DNA of 64,000 nt. Source: an uncultured Gammaproteobacteria bacterium (GTDB taxonomy: Bacteria; Pseudomonadota; Gammaproteobacteria; CAWCPV01). The notes below the pieces were generated by a model. The model was not told where the DNA came from. It was given only the letters and a program-made list of their open reading frames with translations, and did no database searches. The position numbers were made by a program, and so were the translations under genes. Location: assembly GCA_963797555.1 (NCBI GenBank), contig CAWCPV010000005.1:32001-96000 (forward strand), written 5' to 3'. Shown piece by piece: positions 12,341 to 25,985 of this stretch; the first letter of the stretch is position 1, and each line of letters opens with the position of its first letter.

Positions 12341-14524
12341 TTACCCCCCCGTGGACCACCCCTCCCTGATGATCCGCGGCGTCACGAAGATCAGCAGCTC
12401 CTCCTTGTTGTTGAGTTCGCTGTCCTGCCTGAACAGGTGCCCGAACAGCGGGATGTCGCCCAGCAAAGGGATGTGGTGGTTCGCACTGGTGCGGGTGTGC
12501 TCGAAGATTCCGCCCAGCACCACGGTCTCCCCATTCTTGACCAACACTTGCGTGGTGACCGAGCGGGTGTCGATGCTGGGCACGAAGCCGCCCACGGTAC
12601 CGCTCGGCACGAACTGCCCGACGCTGTCCTTGGAGACGTGCAGGTCCATGCGGATGCGGTCGTCCGGCGTGATGTGGGGCACGACCTTGAGCTGCAGCAC
12701 GGCGTCTTTGAATGAGACGGTGGTCGCCCCGCTGGACGCCGCCTCCTGGTAAGGAATCTCGGTACCCTGCTGGATCACTGCCTCCTGCTGGTCGGCGGTG
12801 ATGACGCGAGGACTCGAGAGGACCTCGCCGCGGCCCTCCGATTGCAAGGCGGACAGCTCCAGGTCCACCAGATAGTTCGCACCGAGAATGCCGAAGGCGA
12901 TGCTCCCCGCCGTCCCGGTCTGGGGCGTCGCGGGGAGGTTGACGTTGAAGCGATTGTTGGACACCGGCGGGGTAATGGGGTAAGGCTGTCCGGTGCTCTG
13001 GATGTTGTTGATCGCCTGGGTAGTCATGCTGTCGGCCCCGGCGGCGGTCCCCGTACTCGCCAGGAACTTGTTGCCCGGGGTCGCGGTGAAGCTGGCTCCG
13101 AGCCGCACGCCCAAGTCCTTCGCGAAGTCATCATTGGCGATCACGATGCGGGAATCGATCATCACCTGCCGCACCGGAACATCCAGCGTCGCGACGAGCT
13201 GGCGGATCTCCGCGAGCTTGTCGGGTGTATCGCTGACCAGCAGGGTGTTGGTGCGCACATCCCAAGTCACCGATCCGCGCTCGGAGAGCAGCGAGTTCTC
13301 CTTGGCCTTGAGCAGAGCGGCCAGCTCACTGGCTTTGGCGTAGTTGACCTGAATGAATTCCGAGCGAAGCGGGGCCAACTGCTCCCGTTCCTTCGCCGCC
13401 TGCAGCTCTTGCTTCTCACGCGCCGCAATCTCTTGGAGCGGGGCGATCCAGAGCACGTTACCCTGCTGGCGTTTGCCCAGCCCCTTGATCTGGAGAATGA
13501 TGTCCAGCGCTTGGTCCCACGGTACGTCCTTGAGGCGTAACGTGATATGGCCCGTCACCGTGTCGCTGGCCACGATATTCAGATCCGTGAAATCCGCGAG
13601 CAACTGCAGTACGGCTCGTACCTCGATGTCCTGGAAATTCAGCGACAGGCGCTCTCCGCTGTACTTCTGCTTTTTCGCCTCGACCTGCTCCCTTGTCAGA
13701 GGCTTTACTTCCAAAGTGAACGTCTTGTCCGCCTGGTAAGCGAACTGCTCATAGTTTCCCTGCGCCGCAACGATCAGGCGAACGTTGTTGCCTTGCTCGA
13801 CGGTATCGATGGTTTCCACAGGGGTGGCGAAGTCGGCAACGTTCAGTCGCCGCTGAAGGGGCTCGGGCAGGCGCGTGTTGGGGAAGTCCACGACTATCTT
13901 GCCCCCCTCCTCTCCGACGTTCACGGTGGGCGCCGGCTGGGAAAAGGTCACCACCACCTGCCCGGCACCATTCGCTCCGCGGTGGAAGTCCACGTTGGTC
14001 ACGGCCCCAGCACCGCCGAGCGCCTGGTAAGGTGCTGGAGCCGACCGGGCTGTCGCAGTGCCCGCTTCCAGCGTGAGACGGAACTCGTTGCCGGTCCGGC
14101 GCACCTGATAGGCCACCGACCGGACCAGATTGAAGACGACCCGCGTACGCCCCATCGCCTCCACCACACTGACACTGCGGAGCATACCGACGTTCACGGT
14201 TTGCGGCGCAGACCCCATGCGGGTGCTGACGCCAGGCAGGTCGACGATGATCCGTGCGGGCTGGTCGGTGGTGAAACTGCTCGGCTCGGGCACCGGGCCG
14301 GACAACTCAAGAGTGACCTCCGCGCGCTCCCCCGGAAGAGCGGAAGGCGTGATCCCCGTCAGCGATGGGGCGGGGGCAACGGCACCGAGAGAGCCCCCAG
14401 CGCCCCACAACGCCAACGCCCCGAGAAACCAGAAAGCTGCGCGCGCGATGCCCAGAAGATCGCGCGCAGGCCCAGGCCCTGCCATTCTTTTTGCCGCAGC
14501 GCTACGGCCCCAGTATCCGGTCAT
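12341..14524 (-). CDS. pilQ: Type IV pilus secretin
   Basis: AMIN domains, YSGERLSLNFQDIEVR, VPWDQALD, secretin C-terminus ELLIFVTPRII; ATG 14524 has a GGGGAG SD. Confidence 0.96.
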   Translation of the reverse strand: MTGYWGRSAAAKRMAGPGPARDLLGIARAAFWFLGALALWGAGGSLGAVAPAPSLTGITPSALPGERAEVTLELSGPVPEPSSFTTDQPARIIVDLPGVSTRMGSAPQTVNVGMLRSVSVVEAMGRTRVVFNLVRSVAYQVRRTGNEFRLTLEAGTATARSAPAPYQALGGAGAVTNVDFHRGANGAGQVVVTFSQPAPTVNVGEEGGKIVVDFPNTRLPEPLQRRLNVADFATPVETIDTVEQGNNVRLIVAAQGNYEQFAYQADKTFTLEVKPLTREQVEAKKQKYSGERLSLNFQDIEVRAVLQLLADFTDLNIVASDTVTGHITLRLKDVPWDQALDIILQIKGLGKRQQGNVLWIAPLQEIAAREKQELQAAKEREQLAPLRSEFIQVNYAKASELAALLKAKENSLLSERGSVTWDVRTNTLLVSDTPDKLAEIRQLVATLDVPVRQVMIDSRIVIANDDFAKDLGVRLGASFTATPGNKFLASTGTAAGADSMTTQAINNIQSTGQPYPITPPVSNNRFNVNLPATPQTGTAGSIAFGILGANYLVDLELSALQSEGRGEVLSSPRVITADQQEAVIQQGTEIPYQEAASSGATTVSFKDAVLQLKVVPHITPDDRIRMDLHVSKDSVGQFVPSGTVGGFVPSIDTRSVTTQVLVKNGETVVLGGIFEHTRTSANHHIPLLGDIPLFGHLFRQDSELNNKEELLIFVTPRIIREGWSTGG

Positions 14525-14557
14525 TGCCGTCACTCCCCAAGCCGATCATTGGTCGCG

Positions 14558-15102
14558 TTATTCGGTAAGCTCGATCCTAGCCTGCCGTTCTTGCCACCCG
14601 CCTTTCGGGTCAGGCACGATCTCTTTCAAGTCGATCTGAGCCTCTCGGATCGAGACTATCTTGCCGTAATTCTGCCCTAGGTAGTTCCCTGGGCGCACGC
14701 GATATATGGTTCCGTCAGGAACCTTGATCAGCGCCCATGACGCCCCGTCACGCTGCAGGGTACCCACCATCCTCAACGAATCCAGAGGAAATGCCTCCAG
14801 AGACTCCCGCGGACGATTGACGTCCGGATGTATGCCCGCTCCCGCAGCCACCTTCTTCTCCTCTGCCTGCGGTTGCGCAGGCGGCGTGAAGGGGTCCCGG
14901 ATCTCGCCGGCGACATAGGTGAAACTTTCGTAAGGCTTGATCTCGGGCAGGGGCTCGATGTGCCCCGGATTCATCTTTTCCAGCCCAGCAACGTAGGCCT
15001 TCAGGTCCGATAGATTATCGTGCTGCGTGCAGCCCCCTATCCAGAGTGCGAGAACGAAGGTGAGCCACGTGCTTCCTGCCCCCCTCCGACCTCCGTCGCG
15101 TG

Positions 15103-15106
<4 letters not shown>
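14558..15106 (-). CDS. pilP: Type IV pilus lipoprotein PilP
   Basis: Lipobox-like IGGC, RDPF, ESLEAFPLDSLRMVG, GNYLGQNYGKI. Confidence 0.95.
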
Positions 15107-17402
<2,296 letters not shown>

Positions 17403-17417
17403 TTAGTAGCTCGTGTT

Positions 17418-17445
17418 CTTATAGCACATCAAAACGTCCTGTCAA
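17418..17445 (-). promoter_or_regulatory. Sigma70-type promoter of the pilMNOPQ-aroKB operon
   Basis: TTGACA-16 bp-TATAAG with a TG extension, 40 bp upstream of pilM. Confidence 0.65.
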
Positions 17446-17463
17446 CTTCCAAGTCACAAGACG

Positions 17464-17472
17464 TGTTAGAAT
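17464..17472 (+). promoter_or_regulatory. Extended -10 (TGnTAGAAT) for mrcA
   Basis: TGTTAGAAT about 40 bp upstream of ATG 17512. Confidence 0.45.
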
Positions 17473-17511
17473 AGCAACACTTCGCTCCGCGAGAAGCACC
17501 GCCCACGGGTC

Positions 17512-19859
17512 ATGAAGCTGCTCGTCAGTCTCCTCGCCGCCCTCCTCGTTGCGTTGACCCTCGCGGTTGTCGGTGTCGCGGGCCTGTACGTGTACCTCGC
17601 CCCCCAACTTCCCTCGGTCGACAGCCTCAAGGACGCGCGCATGCAGGTGCCGCTGCGCATCTACACCCGCAACGGCGAACTCATCGCCGAGTTCGGCGAC
17701 AAGCGGCGCACCCCTGTGCCCCTGAGCCAGGTTCCGGACATAGTCCGTAAAGCCGTCCTGGCAGCCGAGGACGACCGCTTTTACGAGCACCCCGGTGTCG
17801 ATTACCGCGCCATGGTACGCGCCGCACTGCATTTGCTCAAGACCGGCGATAAGTCCCAGGGAGCGAGCACCGTTACCATGCAGGTGGCGAGGAACTTCTT
17901 CCTGGACAACCAGAAGACTTACCTACGCAAACTGAGAGAGGTCCTGCTCGCACTCAAGATCGAAAGGGATCTCAGCAAGGACGAAATCCTGGAGCTCTAC
18001 CTAAACAAGATTTACTTTGGCAACAGGGCCTACGGGATCGCGGCGGCCGCCCAGGTCTACTATGGGCGCCGGATCGAAGACCTCGACCTGGCTCAGGTCG
18101 CAATGATCGCCGGCTTGCCCAAGGCCCCCTCGCGTTACAACCCGATAGCGGACGCTGGACGCGCGCTGGAGCGTCGCGGCTACGTCCTGCGCCGCATGCA
18201 CGAGCTAGGCTACATTGACGCAACGGCTTACCAGGCCGCCATGGCCGCGCCCATCAGCGCAAGCCTGCACACCGCGGCTCAGATCGTGGAGGCCCCGTAC
18301 GTGGCCGAGCTGGCGCGGGCGGAGATGGTAGGCCGTTTTGGGGACCAAGCCTACAGCGGGGGCTACAAAGTGTACACGACGGTGGATGCGCGCCTTCAGA
18401 GGGTGGCTGAGTCGGCTTTACGCAAAGGCCTGTTCGCATACACGGAGCGTCACGGCTACCGAGGGCCCGTGCGCCACGTGGATCCCCGGCAGGAGCCGGC
18501 GGCGGATCGGGTTCTGCAACAGGTCCCAGCGGCCGCCGGACTCACCCCCGCTGCCGTGGTGTCGGTGCAAGCCGATGGTGCGGAGGTTCATTCGGTAGAC
18601 GGCCACTCCATCCACCTTCCGTGGGAAGGTATTTCCTGGGCGAGGCGTTACATCACGGAGAACCAGCGAGGCCGCGCCCCGAAGAGCGCCAAGGACGTGG
18701 TCAGCGCTGGCGACATCGTCTACATTCGGCCCACAGAGAGTGGGAAGTGGCAACTCGCTCAGCCTCCCGAGGTGGAGGGTGCCATCGTGACCCTCGCGCC
18801 GGCCGACGGCGCCGTGCTCGCCTTGGACGGAGGGTTCGACTTCTACCGCAGCAGTTTCGACCGGGTCACGCAAGCGCAGCGCCAGCCGGGATCGAGCTTC
18901 AAGCCGTTCATTTACTCCGCTGCCCTCGACAAGGGATTCACTCCGGCCACCCTCATCAATGACGAGCCCGTCGTGGTCGAAGGCACAGACCTGTCCGACC
19001 TCTGGCGTCCCGAGAACTATACCGGTAGGCTCTATGGGCCCACGCGCGTGCGTGAAGCCCTGGTGCACTCCCGCAACCTGGTGTCGGTCCGACTGCTGCG
19101 CTCTATCGGCATCAACTATGCTATCGACTACGTCTCTCGGTTCGGATTTCCGCAACAGCAGCTTCCGCGGGGCCTGTCCCTCGCGTTGGGGAGCGGCGTC
19201 ACCACGCCCTGGCAGCTCGCCGGGGGGTACGCGACGTTTGCGAACGGCGGCTACCGCATAGTACCGTACCTCGTCCAGCGCATCACCGGGCCGGACGATG
19301 AGACCCTGTGGGAGGCTCACCCGGCGCGGGTATGCGGAAAGTGCACCGACAATCCCGCCGCCGCTGAACGCATCATCACGCCGCAGAATGCCTACCTCTT
19401 GACGTCCATGATGCAGGACGTCATTCGCCGGGGCACCGGACGGGGGCGCTCGTGCTCGGGCGCAACGATTTGGCCGGCAAGACCGGCACCACCAATGACC
19501 ACCGTGACGCCTGGTTCTGCGGTTTCAACGCGGACTTGGTCGCCACGGCCTGGGTGGGGTTCGACCAGCCCAAGGCACTCGGGGAGGGCGAAACCGGGAG
19601 CCGGGCGGCACTCCCCGTGTGGATCGAGTTCATGAAAGAGGCGTTGAAGGGTGCGCCGGAACATCTTCTTGAAGAGCCGTCGGGGGTGGTGACGGTGCGT
19701 ATAGATCCGCAAACGGGGCTCCTGGCCAAGTCCGACCAAACGAACACTGTGTTCGAGGTCTTTCAAGCGGACTCGGTCCCGGACCAAGTCGCTGGCGGTC
19801 CGTCAGGCGAGGCGCCGCAGCACGGCGGAGCCATTAGCATTCCGGAACAGCTGTTCTGA
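17512..19859 (+). CDS. mrcA: Penicillin-binding protein 1A, frameshifted near 19445
   Basis: EDDRFYEH, GASTVTMQ, RKLRE, GSSFK, SRN, KTG motifs; KTG lies in a second ORF after a G run; divergent from pilM. Confidence 0.92.
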
Positions 19860-19958
19860 AACCCCGACGATCGCTCCTCATGATTGGGTTGTATGCCGCA
19901 CGTCTTCTCGCGTCCCGATCCCTGCCAGGGATCGCGGCGTCGAGCGGCCCGTGAGCGC

Positions 19959-20561
19959 ATGGCCGCGCGCAGCGAGGGGCGTGGCAAAGCCTTGCGCGAG
20001 CGGATCGCGCAGGAGGCTGCACGCCTCATCGCAGAGGAGGGCGTAAGCGACTATGGCATGGCCAAGCGCAAGGCCGCCACGCATCTGGGGGCCTTGGATA
20101 GCAAACACCTGCCGCGGAACTCGGAAGTCGAACACGCACTGATCGACTATCAGCGGCTATTTCAGGCCGACACCCAGCCGGCCACTCTCCGACGGTGGCG
20201 ACTGAGGGCCGTAGAGGCCATGGAATTCCTGGAGAAGTTTCAGCCGCGGCTGGTAGGCGCCGTCCTGACCGGGACTGCCGGCCCATACTCGGACGTCGAG
20301 CTACACGTGTTCGCCGAAACACCCGAGACGGTGGCCCTCTTCCTCATGCAGAGCCGCATCCCGTACCGGCAAGCGGAAAGACGCCTGCGCCTGGCCGCCG
20401 ACCAGTACGCCGTCTACCCGACCTATCGGTTCCTTGCCGGTGACGCTGCCATGGAGCTGACCGTGTTCCCGATCGATGGACTGCGCCGGGCGCCACTCAG
20501 CCCCGTCGACGGCAGACCGCTCAAACGTGCGACGCTGCGTACCGTGCGCGAGCTGCTATAG
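19959..20561 (+). CDS. Conserved hypothetical protein, nucleotidyltransferase-like
   Basis: IAQEAARLIAEEG..DYGMAKRKAA..LPRNSEVE and LVGAVLTGTAGPYSDVELH; start taken at ATG 19959. Confidence 0.7.
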   Translation: MAARSEGRGKALRERIAQEAARLIAEEGVSDYGMAKRKAATHLGALDSKHLPRNSEVEHALIDYQRLFQADTQPATLRRWRLRAVEAMEFLEKFQPRLVGAVLTGTAGPYSDVELHVFAETPETVALFLMQSRIPYRQAERRLRLAADQYAVYPTYRFLAGDAAMELTVFPIDGLRRAPLSPVDGRPLKRATLRTVRELL

Positions 20562-21788
20562 CGACACGGGCGGCCGAGCGACACCACTCCGCACGGCTGC
20601 TTCCTCGACTGCACCGGCGACGCGTGACAACAGGCGCGGGTCGAAGGGCTTGGGGATGATGTAGGACGGGCCGAAATCGATGTGGTCCAGCCGGTAAGCG
20701 AGCAGCACCTCCAGCGGCACCGGCTCACGGGCCAATGCCTTCAGAGCATGGAGGGCAGCCAGCTTCATCTCCAGGGTGATGCGCCGCGCACGCGCGTTCA
20801 GCGCCCCGCGGAATATATAGGGGAAGCCGAGCACGTTGTTGACTTGGTTCGGGTAATCAGACCGGCCCGTCGCCATGATCAGGTCGTCGCGCGCGGCGTG
20901 CGCGGCGCTCGGCAGAATCTCCGGATCCGGGTTCGAGAGGGCGAACACCACGGGCCTTGCCGCCATGCTGGAAAGGGTATCGGAGCCCAGCAGATTGGCG
21001 CCAGACAAACCGATAAACACATCGGCACCACGCATGGCATCGGCCAAGGTTCGTGCGGGCGTATCCGCTGCGAACAGGCGCTTGTAGGGATTGAGATCCT
21101 GACGCCCACCATGTATCACACCCTGGCGGTCCACCAGCAGCATTTGCTCTTTACTTGCTCCCAGCGCGAGCAGCAGTCGCATGGAGGCGATGGCAGCGGC
21201 TCCCGCCCCTAGGCAGACGATGCGCACCTCTTGCAAGGTTTTTCCCTGCACCTCCAAGGCGTTCAGCAGCGCCGCACCGAGGATGATGGCGGTGCCATGC
21301 TGGTCGTCGTGGAATACCGGGATGTCCAAGCGTTCGATGAGCGCCTGTTCGATGGCAAAACATGCAGGAGACGCGATGTCTTCCAAATTGATCCCACCAA
21401 AACTCGGGGCGATGCGCACCAACGTCTCGATAAACGCCTCAGGAGATTCCGCTTGCACCTCGATATCGAACACGTCAATGCCCGCAAACTTCTTGAACAG
21501 CACTCCCTTGCCTTCCATGACTGGCTTGCCGGCCAACGGTCCCACGTTCCCCAGGCCGAGCACAGCACTGCCGTCGGTAACCACTGCCACGAGGTTGCCT
21601 TTCGATGTGTACCGGTACACCGCCTCGGGGTCTTCCACAATAGCGTGAACCGGTGCCGCAACACCTGGAGTGTAGGCTAGCGACAGATCCTCCTGGGTTG
21701 CACACGGCTTGGTGATGGCCACGGCGATCTTGCCCGGGGTAGGTTCACAATGGTATCGCAGGGCAGCGGATTTCAGTTGCTCGGACAC
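20556..21788 (-). CDS. NAD(P)-dependent malic enzyme (no PTA domain)
   Basis: LSLAYTPGVA, KPVMEGK, INLEDI, FHDDQHGT, GAGAA, TGRSDYPNQVNN. Confidence 0.93.
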   Translation of the reverse strand: MSEQLKSAALRYHCEPTPGKIAVAITKPCATQEDLSLAYTPGVAAPVHAIVEDPEAVYRYTSKGNLVAVVTDGSAVLGLGNVGPLAGKPVMEGKGVLFKKFAGIDVFDIEVQAESPEAFIETLVRIAPSFGGINLEDIASPACFAIEQALIERLDIPVFHDDQHGTAIILGAALLNALEVQGKTLQEVRIVCLGAGAAAIASMRLLLALGASKEQMLLVDRQGVIHGGRQDLNPYKRLFAADTPARTLADAMRGADVFIGLSGANLLGSDTLSSMAARPVVFALSNPDPEILPSAAHAARDDLIMATGRSDYPNQVNNVLGFPYIFRGALNARARRITLEMKLAALHALKALAREPVPLEVLLAYRLDHIDFGPSYIIPKPFDPRLLSRVAGAVEEAAVRSGVARPPVSL

Positions 21789-22026
21789 GATGAGAGACCT
21801 AGGGAGCGCTCCGCAGGCTGAGCAGTCGCGACCGACCGAGGGCGGCTGCCTGGGACCGGCTCAGGACGTGCACAAATCGAGCGACCCCGCCCCGCCCGGC
21901 GCTGCTCCGCCCTTCACGGCGCGGGAGGGTGGGGACAGCGTCGGCGGAGAGGCGTCGTTCCGCAGCAAGGCACTTGGCAGGCGGGGGGCTTCGGGGGACG
22001 AGGACTGGCCTTGCAGACGACCCGGA

Positions 22027-22236
22027 TTACCGGTCCCCGAGGCCGTACTTCTGACGGAAGCGATCGACCCGCCCGGCCGTATCCATGAGCTTCTGCTTAC
22101 CCGTGTAGAAGGGATGGCACGCCGAACATACCTCCACATGGAGGTCATGGCAAAGCGTCGATCGCGTCTCAAAGGTGTTTCCGCAACTGCAGGTGACCTT
22201 GATCTCACAGTAGTTTGGATGGATAGCCGCTTTCAT
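22027..22236 (-). CDS. rpmE: 50S ribosomal protein L31 (Zn-binding form)
   Basis: [29 protein letters not shown]. Confidence 0.97.
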   Translation of the reverse strand: MKAAIHPNYCEIKVTCSCGNTFETRSTLCHDLHVEVCSACHPFYTGKQKLMDTAGRVDRFRQKYGLGDR

Positions 22237-22419
22237 CGCACCACCTCTGGAAAGAACACTTCCGTACCTGAGCGAAACGCATAATGTTATAGCAATCGAC
22301 GGCAGCGGGGCAACCGCCTGTCCAGGTGGCCGCGAACGGGGAGGTTTCCCCGCGTTGCCAGCCCATGCGTTTTCGGGCAACCTCTGCCTGCCGCACAGAC
22401 CCCCACAGAGGGAGTAACC

Positions 22420-22977
22420 ATGGACCTCGTTGGACTGATCCTGTTTGTCGCCCCGTTGATCGTCTTGGGATGGGGCGTCGTGTCATACAACCGGCTCGTA
22501 GCGCTCCGCAACCAAGTTAAGAACGGCTGGCGCCAGATAGACGTACAGCTCAAGCGGCGGCACGACCTCATCCCGAATCTGGTAGAAACAATCAAGGACT
22601 ACATGGCCTACGAGCAGGAGACGCTGCAGAAGGTCATTCAGGCCAGGAATCAAGCCCTCGGCGCCCAGGCTCCCGAGGAAACCGTGCGGGCCGAGGGAGC
22701 GCTCACCGGCGCCTTGGGTCGTCTCTTTGCGCTCATGGAACGCTATCCCGACCTCAAGGCAAACGAGAGTGTGTCGAGGCTCACGGAGGAACTCACGGCG
22801 ACCGAGAACAAGATCGCCTTCGCCCGCCAGTTTTACAACGACAGTGTGATGTCCCTTAACACCGCGGTCCAGAGCTTCCCGTCGAGCCTAGTTGCCACGC
22901 TCTTCCACTTCCAGGAGGCGGCGTATTTCCAGGCTCCGGAACAGGACACCGCGGTCCCGGCGGTGGACCTCCGCTGA
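22420..22977 (+). CDS. lemA: LemA family protein
   Basis: N-terminal [43 protein letters not shown]. Confidence 0.95.
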   Translation: MDLVGLILFVAPLIVLGWGVVSYNRLVALRNQVKNGWRQIDVQLKRRHDLIPNLVETIKDYMAYEQETLQKVIQARNQALGAQAPEETVRAEGALTGALGRLFALMERYPDLKANESVSRLTEELTATENKIAFARQFYNDSVMSLNTAVQSFPSSLVATLFHFQEAAYFQAPEQDTAVPAVDLR

Positions 22978-22984
22978 TCCGGCC

Positions 22985-24103
22985 GTGTCGCTCACCGCAG
23001 GCGTTGCCTGCCCGGAATGCGGTACTGCCAACCACGGGGGGGCCGCGGTCTGTCGCCTATGCGGAGCATTGCTGCAAGCCGGCGTCACCCCGAGCCGTCG
23101 GCTGCAGCGAAAACTCCTGCGACGTACCGACTTCCTGGCCGCCGTGCAGCAGAACGAGAGACGCACGCGTCGTCTAATCGTCACGTTGCTTCTGGTTACG
23201 GCGGCGCTCGGCTATCTGGTGGGCTGGAACCTGCAACTGCTCGCGGACGCCGCGCCGCCGCCCCCAGCCCCCGCCGTGTTGTTCCTGAGCCGCTGGGGAA
23301 TCGCAGGAGCGATGATCATGCTCGTCGGCGGCGGCCTGTGGTCCCTGTTGGCAACCAGGCTAGGAGACCGGATCGTGATCGAGCTGACCGGCGCCCGGGA
23401 AGTGTCTGCGGCCGCCGAGCCGCAGATCCACAACGTGGTGGAAGAGATGGCGGTAGCTGCCGGGCTGCCGAAGCCGCACGTTTACGTGCTGGAAACCACC
23501 GCGATGAATGCGTTCACGACGGGAATGAGTCCCAGGCGCAGCGCGGTCTGCGTAACGCGAGGCCTGCTCAACAACCTTACCCGCGAGGAGCTCCAGGGCG
23601 TTGTTGGCCACGAGATGGGCCACATCGTCAACCTGGACATGCGCTACGCCACCGTCGTGGCGGTCGTTGTGGGTTTGGTCGCGCTGGTAAGCGACGGCGT
23701 GCTGCGGTCCATGCGCTACGGCGCAGGCCGCAGCCTGCAGCGTTCGGCGCGCCGCCGTCCTAGCGTCGGACCGGTGGTGGTCCTCGCGGCGATGATCCTG
23801 TTCGCCGTAGCGGCCCCCCTGTTCGCCAAGCTCGTCCAGATGGCGGTGTCACGGCAACGGGAGTTTCTGGCCGATGCGACCAGCGTGCGCCTCACGCGCA
23901 ACCCCACGGGACTCATCTCGGCGCTGGAAAAGCTGGCTTCGTCCGCCGGAAGACCGTTCCCAGGGGTCAACCGCGCCACGCAACACATGTTCATCGTAAA
24001 CCCGCTGCGCGACTTCTCCGAGCGGGCCAGCGCCCTCATCGCCACCCATCCGCCCATCGAGCGCCGCATACGGCGGCTGCGCAATCTGGGGGGCCGGAGC
24101 TGA
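22985..24103 (+). CDS. M48/HtpX-like zinc metalloprotease with N-terminal zinc ribbon
   Basis: CPECG..CRLCG N-terminus, NAF, ELQGVVGHEMGH, SRQREFLAD, THPP; start GTG 22985 inferred. Confidence 0.88.
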   Translation: MSLTAGVACPECGTANHGGAAVCRLCGALLQAGVTPSRRLQRKLLRRTDFLAAVQQNERRTRRLIVTLLLVTAALGYLVGWNLQLLADAAPPPPAPAVLFLSRWGIAGAMIMLVGGGLWSLLATRLGDRIVIELTGAREVSAAAEPQIHNVVEEMAVAAGLPKPHVYVLETTAMNAFTTGMSPRRSAVCVTRGLLNNLTREELQGVVGHEMGHIVNLDMRYATVVAVVVGLVALVSDGVLRSMRYGAGRSLQRSARRRPSVGPVVVLAAMILFAVAAPLFAKLVQMAVSRQREFLADATSVRLTRNPTGLISALEKLASSAGRPFPGVNRATQHMFIVNPLRDFSERASALIATHPPIERRIRRLRNLGGRS

Positions 24104-24107
24104 ATTC

Positions 24108-25364
24108 TCACCGCTTCATGGACTCGAAGAACTCTCCGTTGGTCTTCGTCACCCGCAGGCGCTCGAGCAGAAACTCGATAGCCTCCAGTTCATCCATGGG
24201 GTGCAGAAGCTTTCTCAGTATCCACATCTTCTGGAGTTCGTCGGGGCGGGTGAGTAGCTCCTCCCGACGCGTCCCCGAGCGGTTGATGTTGATCGAAGGA
24301 TAGATGCGTTTCTCCGCGATGCGCCGATCGAGGTGGATTTCCATATTACCCGTGCCCTTGAACTCCTCATAGATCACCTCGTCCATGCGCGAGCCCGTAT
24401 CGATCAGCGCAGTGGCCATGATGGTCAGGCTACCGCCCTCCTCGATGTTGCGAGCCGCCCCGAAGAAGCGTTTCGGCTTCTGCAGGGCGTTTGCGTCCAC
24501 GCCGCCGGTCAGCACCTTGCCCGACGACGGCACCACCGTATTGTAAGCGCGTGCCAGGCGCGTGATGGAGTCGAGCAGGATAACTACGTCCCGCTTGTGC
24601 TCGACCAACCGCTTCGCCTTTTCGATGACCATCTCGGCCACCTGCACATGCCGCGTCGCGGGCTCGTCGAAAGTGCTCGAGATGACCTCCCCGCGTACCG
24701 ACCGAGCCATATCCGTGACCTCCTCGGGGCGCTCGTCGATAAGCAGAACCATGAGGTAGCACTCGGGATGGCTCGCCGTGATGGACTGGGCGATGTTCTG
24801 CAGCATCATCGTCTTACCAGCTTTAGGGGGTGAGACAATAAGGCCCCGTTGCCCCTTACCGATGGGGGCAGTGAGATCGATGACCCTGGCGGTGAGGTCT
24901 TCCGTGCTGCCGTTGCCACGCTCCAGCGTGAGGCGCTGAGTGGCAAATAGCGGCGTAAGATTCTCGAACAGGACCTTATGCTTGGCGTTCTCGGGCGGCT
25001 CGAAGTTGATCTCGCTGACCTTGAGCAGCGCAAAGTAGCGTTCTCCTTCCTTCGGAGGTCGGATCTTTCCCGACACCGTATCACCAGTGCGTAGGCTGAA
25101 GCGGCGTATCTGACTGGGGGATACGTAGATGTCGTCCGGCCCCGCGAGGTAGGAACCGTCCGCGGAGCGGAGAAATCCGAACCCGTCCTGCAACAGCTCA
25201 AGAACGCCATCGCCGTGGATGTCCTCTCCCCGGGCCGCGTGCGCTTTCAGGATAGCGAAGATGATGTCCTGCTTGCGCGACCGCGCCATCCCCTCGATCC
25301 CGATAGACTCGGCGAGCTCCACGAGATCTGCGGCAGTGCGTTGTTTGAGTTCAGTAAGATTCAT
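24108..25364 (-). CDS. rho: Transcription termination factor Rho
   Basis: [28 protein letters not shown]. Confidence 0.99.
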   Translation of the reverse strand: MNLTELKQRTAADLVELAESIGIEGMARSRKQDIIFAILKAHAARGEDIHGDGVLELLQDGFGFLRSADGSYLAGPDDIYVSPSQIRRFSLRTGDTVSGKIRPPKEGERYFALLKVSEINFEPPENAKHKVLFENLTPLFATQRLTLERGNGSTEDLTARVIDLTAPIGKGQRGLIVSPPKAGKTMMLQNIAQSITASHPECYLMVLLIDERPEEVTDMARSVRGEVISSTFDEPATRHVQVAEMVIEKAKRLVEHKRDVVILLDSITRLARAYNTVVPSSGKVLTGGVDANALQKPKRFFGAARNIEEGGSLTIMATALIDTGSRMDEVIYEEFKGTGNMEIHLDRRIAEKRIYPSININRSGTRREELLTRPDELQKMWILRKLLHPMDELEAIEFLLERLRVTKTNGEFFESMKR

Positions 25365-25520
25365 GACGGGTCTTCTGCAACGGGCGCGGGCAGGAATTAC
25401 CCGCGTGGCGAGCCTGGGACGAAGCGTTCGGAGTTCGAATGAGGGTCCGCTGTGTGCGGTGGGGGAGCTGCAACGGACTTAGTCTAGGGTAATCGGACGG
25501 CCGCGTCTAGTGCCCAACGT

Positions 25521-25847
25521 CTAGAGATGCGAATCCAGGAAGGCACCCAGCTGCGACTTCGAAACGGCGCCTACCTTGGTTGCCTCCACATTGCCGTTCT
25601 TGAACAGCATGAGTGTGGGAATGCCGCGAATACCATACTTTGGAGGTGTCTTCGGATTCTCGTCGATATTGAGCTTGGCAACCTTGAGCTTATCCAGGTA
25701 TTCCTCGGCGGCGTCCTCCAGCACAGGCGCGATCATCTTGCAGGGCCCGCACCACTCGGCCCAGAAGTCGACCAGCACGGGCCGAGACGACCTGAGCACG
25801 TCCTCATCGAAGGTCTCGTCTGTCACCGCCACGATACGACCACTCAT
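25521..25847 (-). CDS. trxA: Thioredoxin 1
   Basis: [13 protein letters not shown]; upstream of rho. Confidence 0.97.
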   Translation of the reverse strand: MSGRIVAVTDETFDEDVLRSSRPVLVDFWAEWCGPCKMIAPVLEDAAEEYLDKLKVAKLNIDENPKTPPKYGIRGIPTLMLFKNGNVEATKVGAVSKSQLGAFLDSHL

Positions 25848-25898
25848 AGGCTCACCTCCAAGTCTGGTTCCACGGGCGTCGGGAACTGCAGATTATCT

Positions 25899-25907
25899 TG
25901 CTATAAT
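25899..25907 (+). promoter_or_regulatory. Extended -10 promoter (TGCTATAAT) for rhlB
   Basis: Perfect TGnTATAAT in the trxA/rhlB divergent spacer. Confidence 0.6.
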
Positions 25908-25985
25908 GACTCAACATTTGAGCCCAACGCCGTCTCCATTGCAAGTGCCCGGGGCCGGACTCTCCACCTCTTGAGCCCTTGAGCC

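Noticed and set aside
21789-22026. sRNA or small ORF between rpmE and the malic enzyme gene
   Set aside because: GC-rich, but no convincing structure, ORF or motif.
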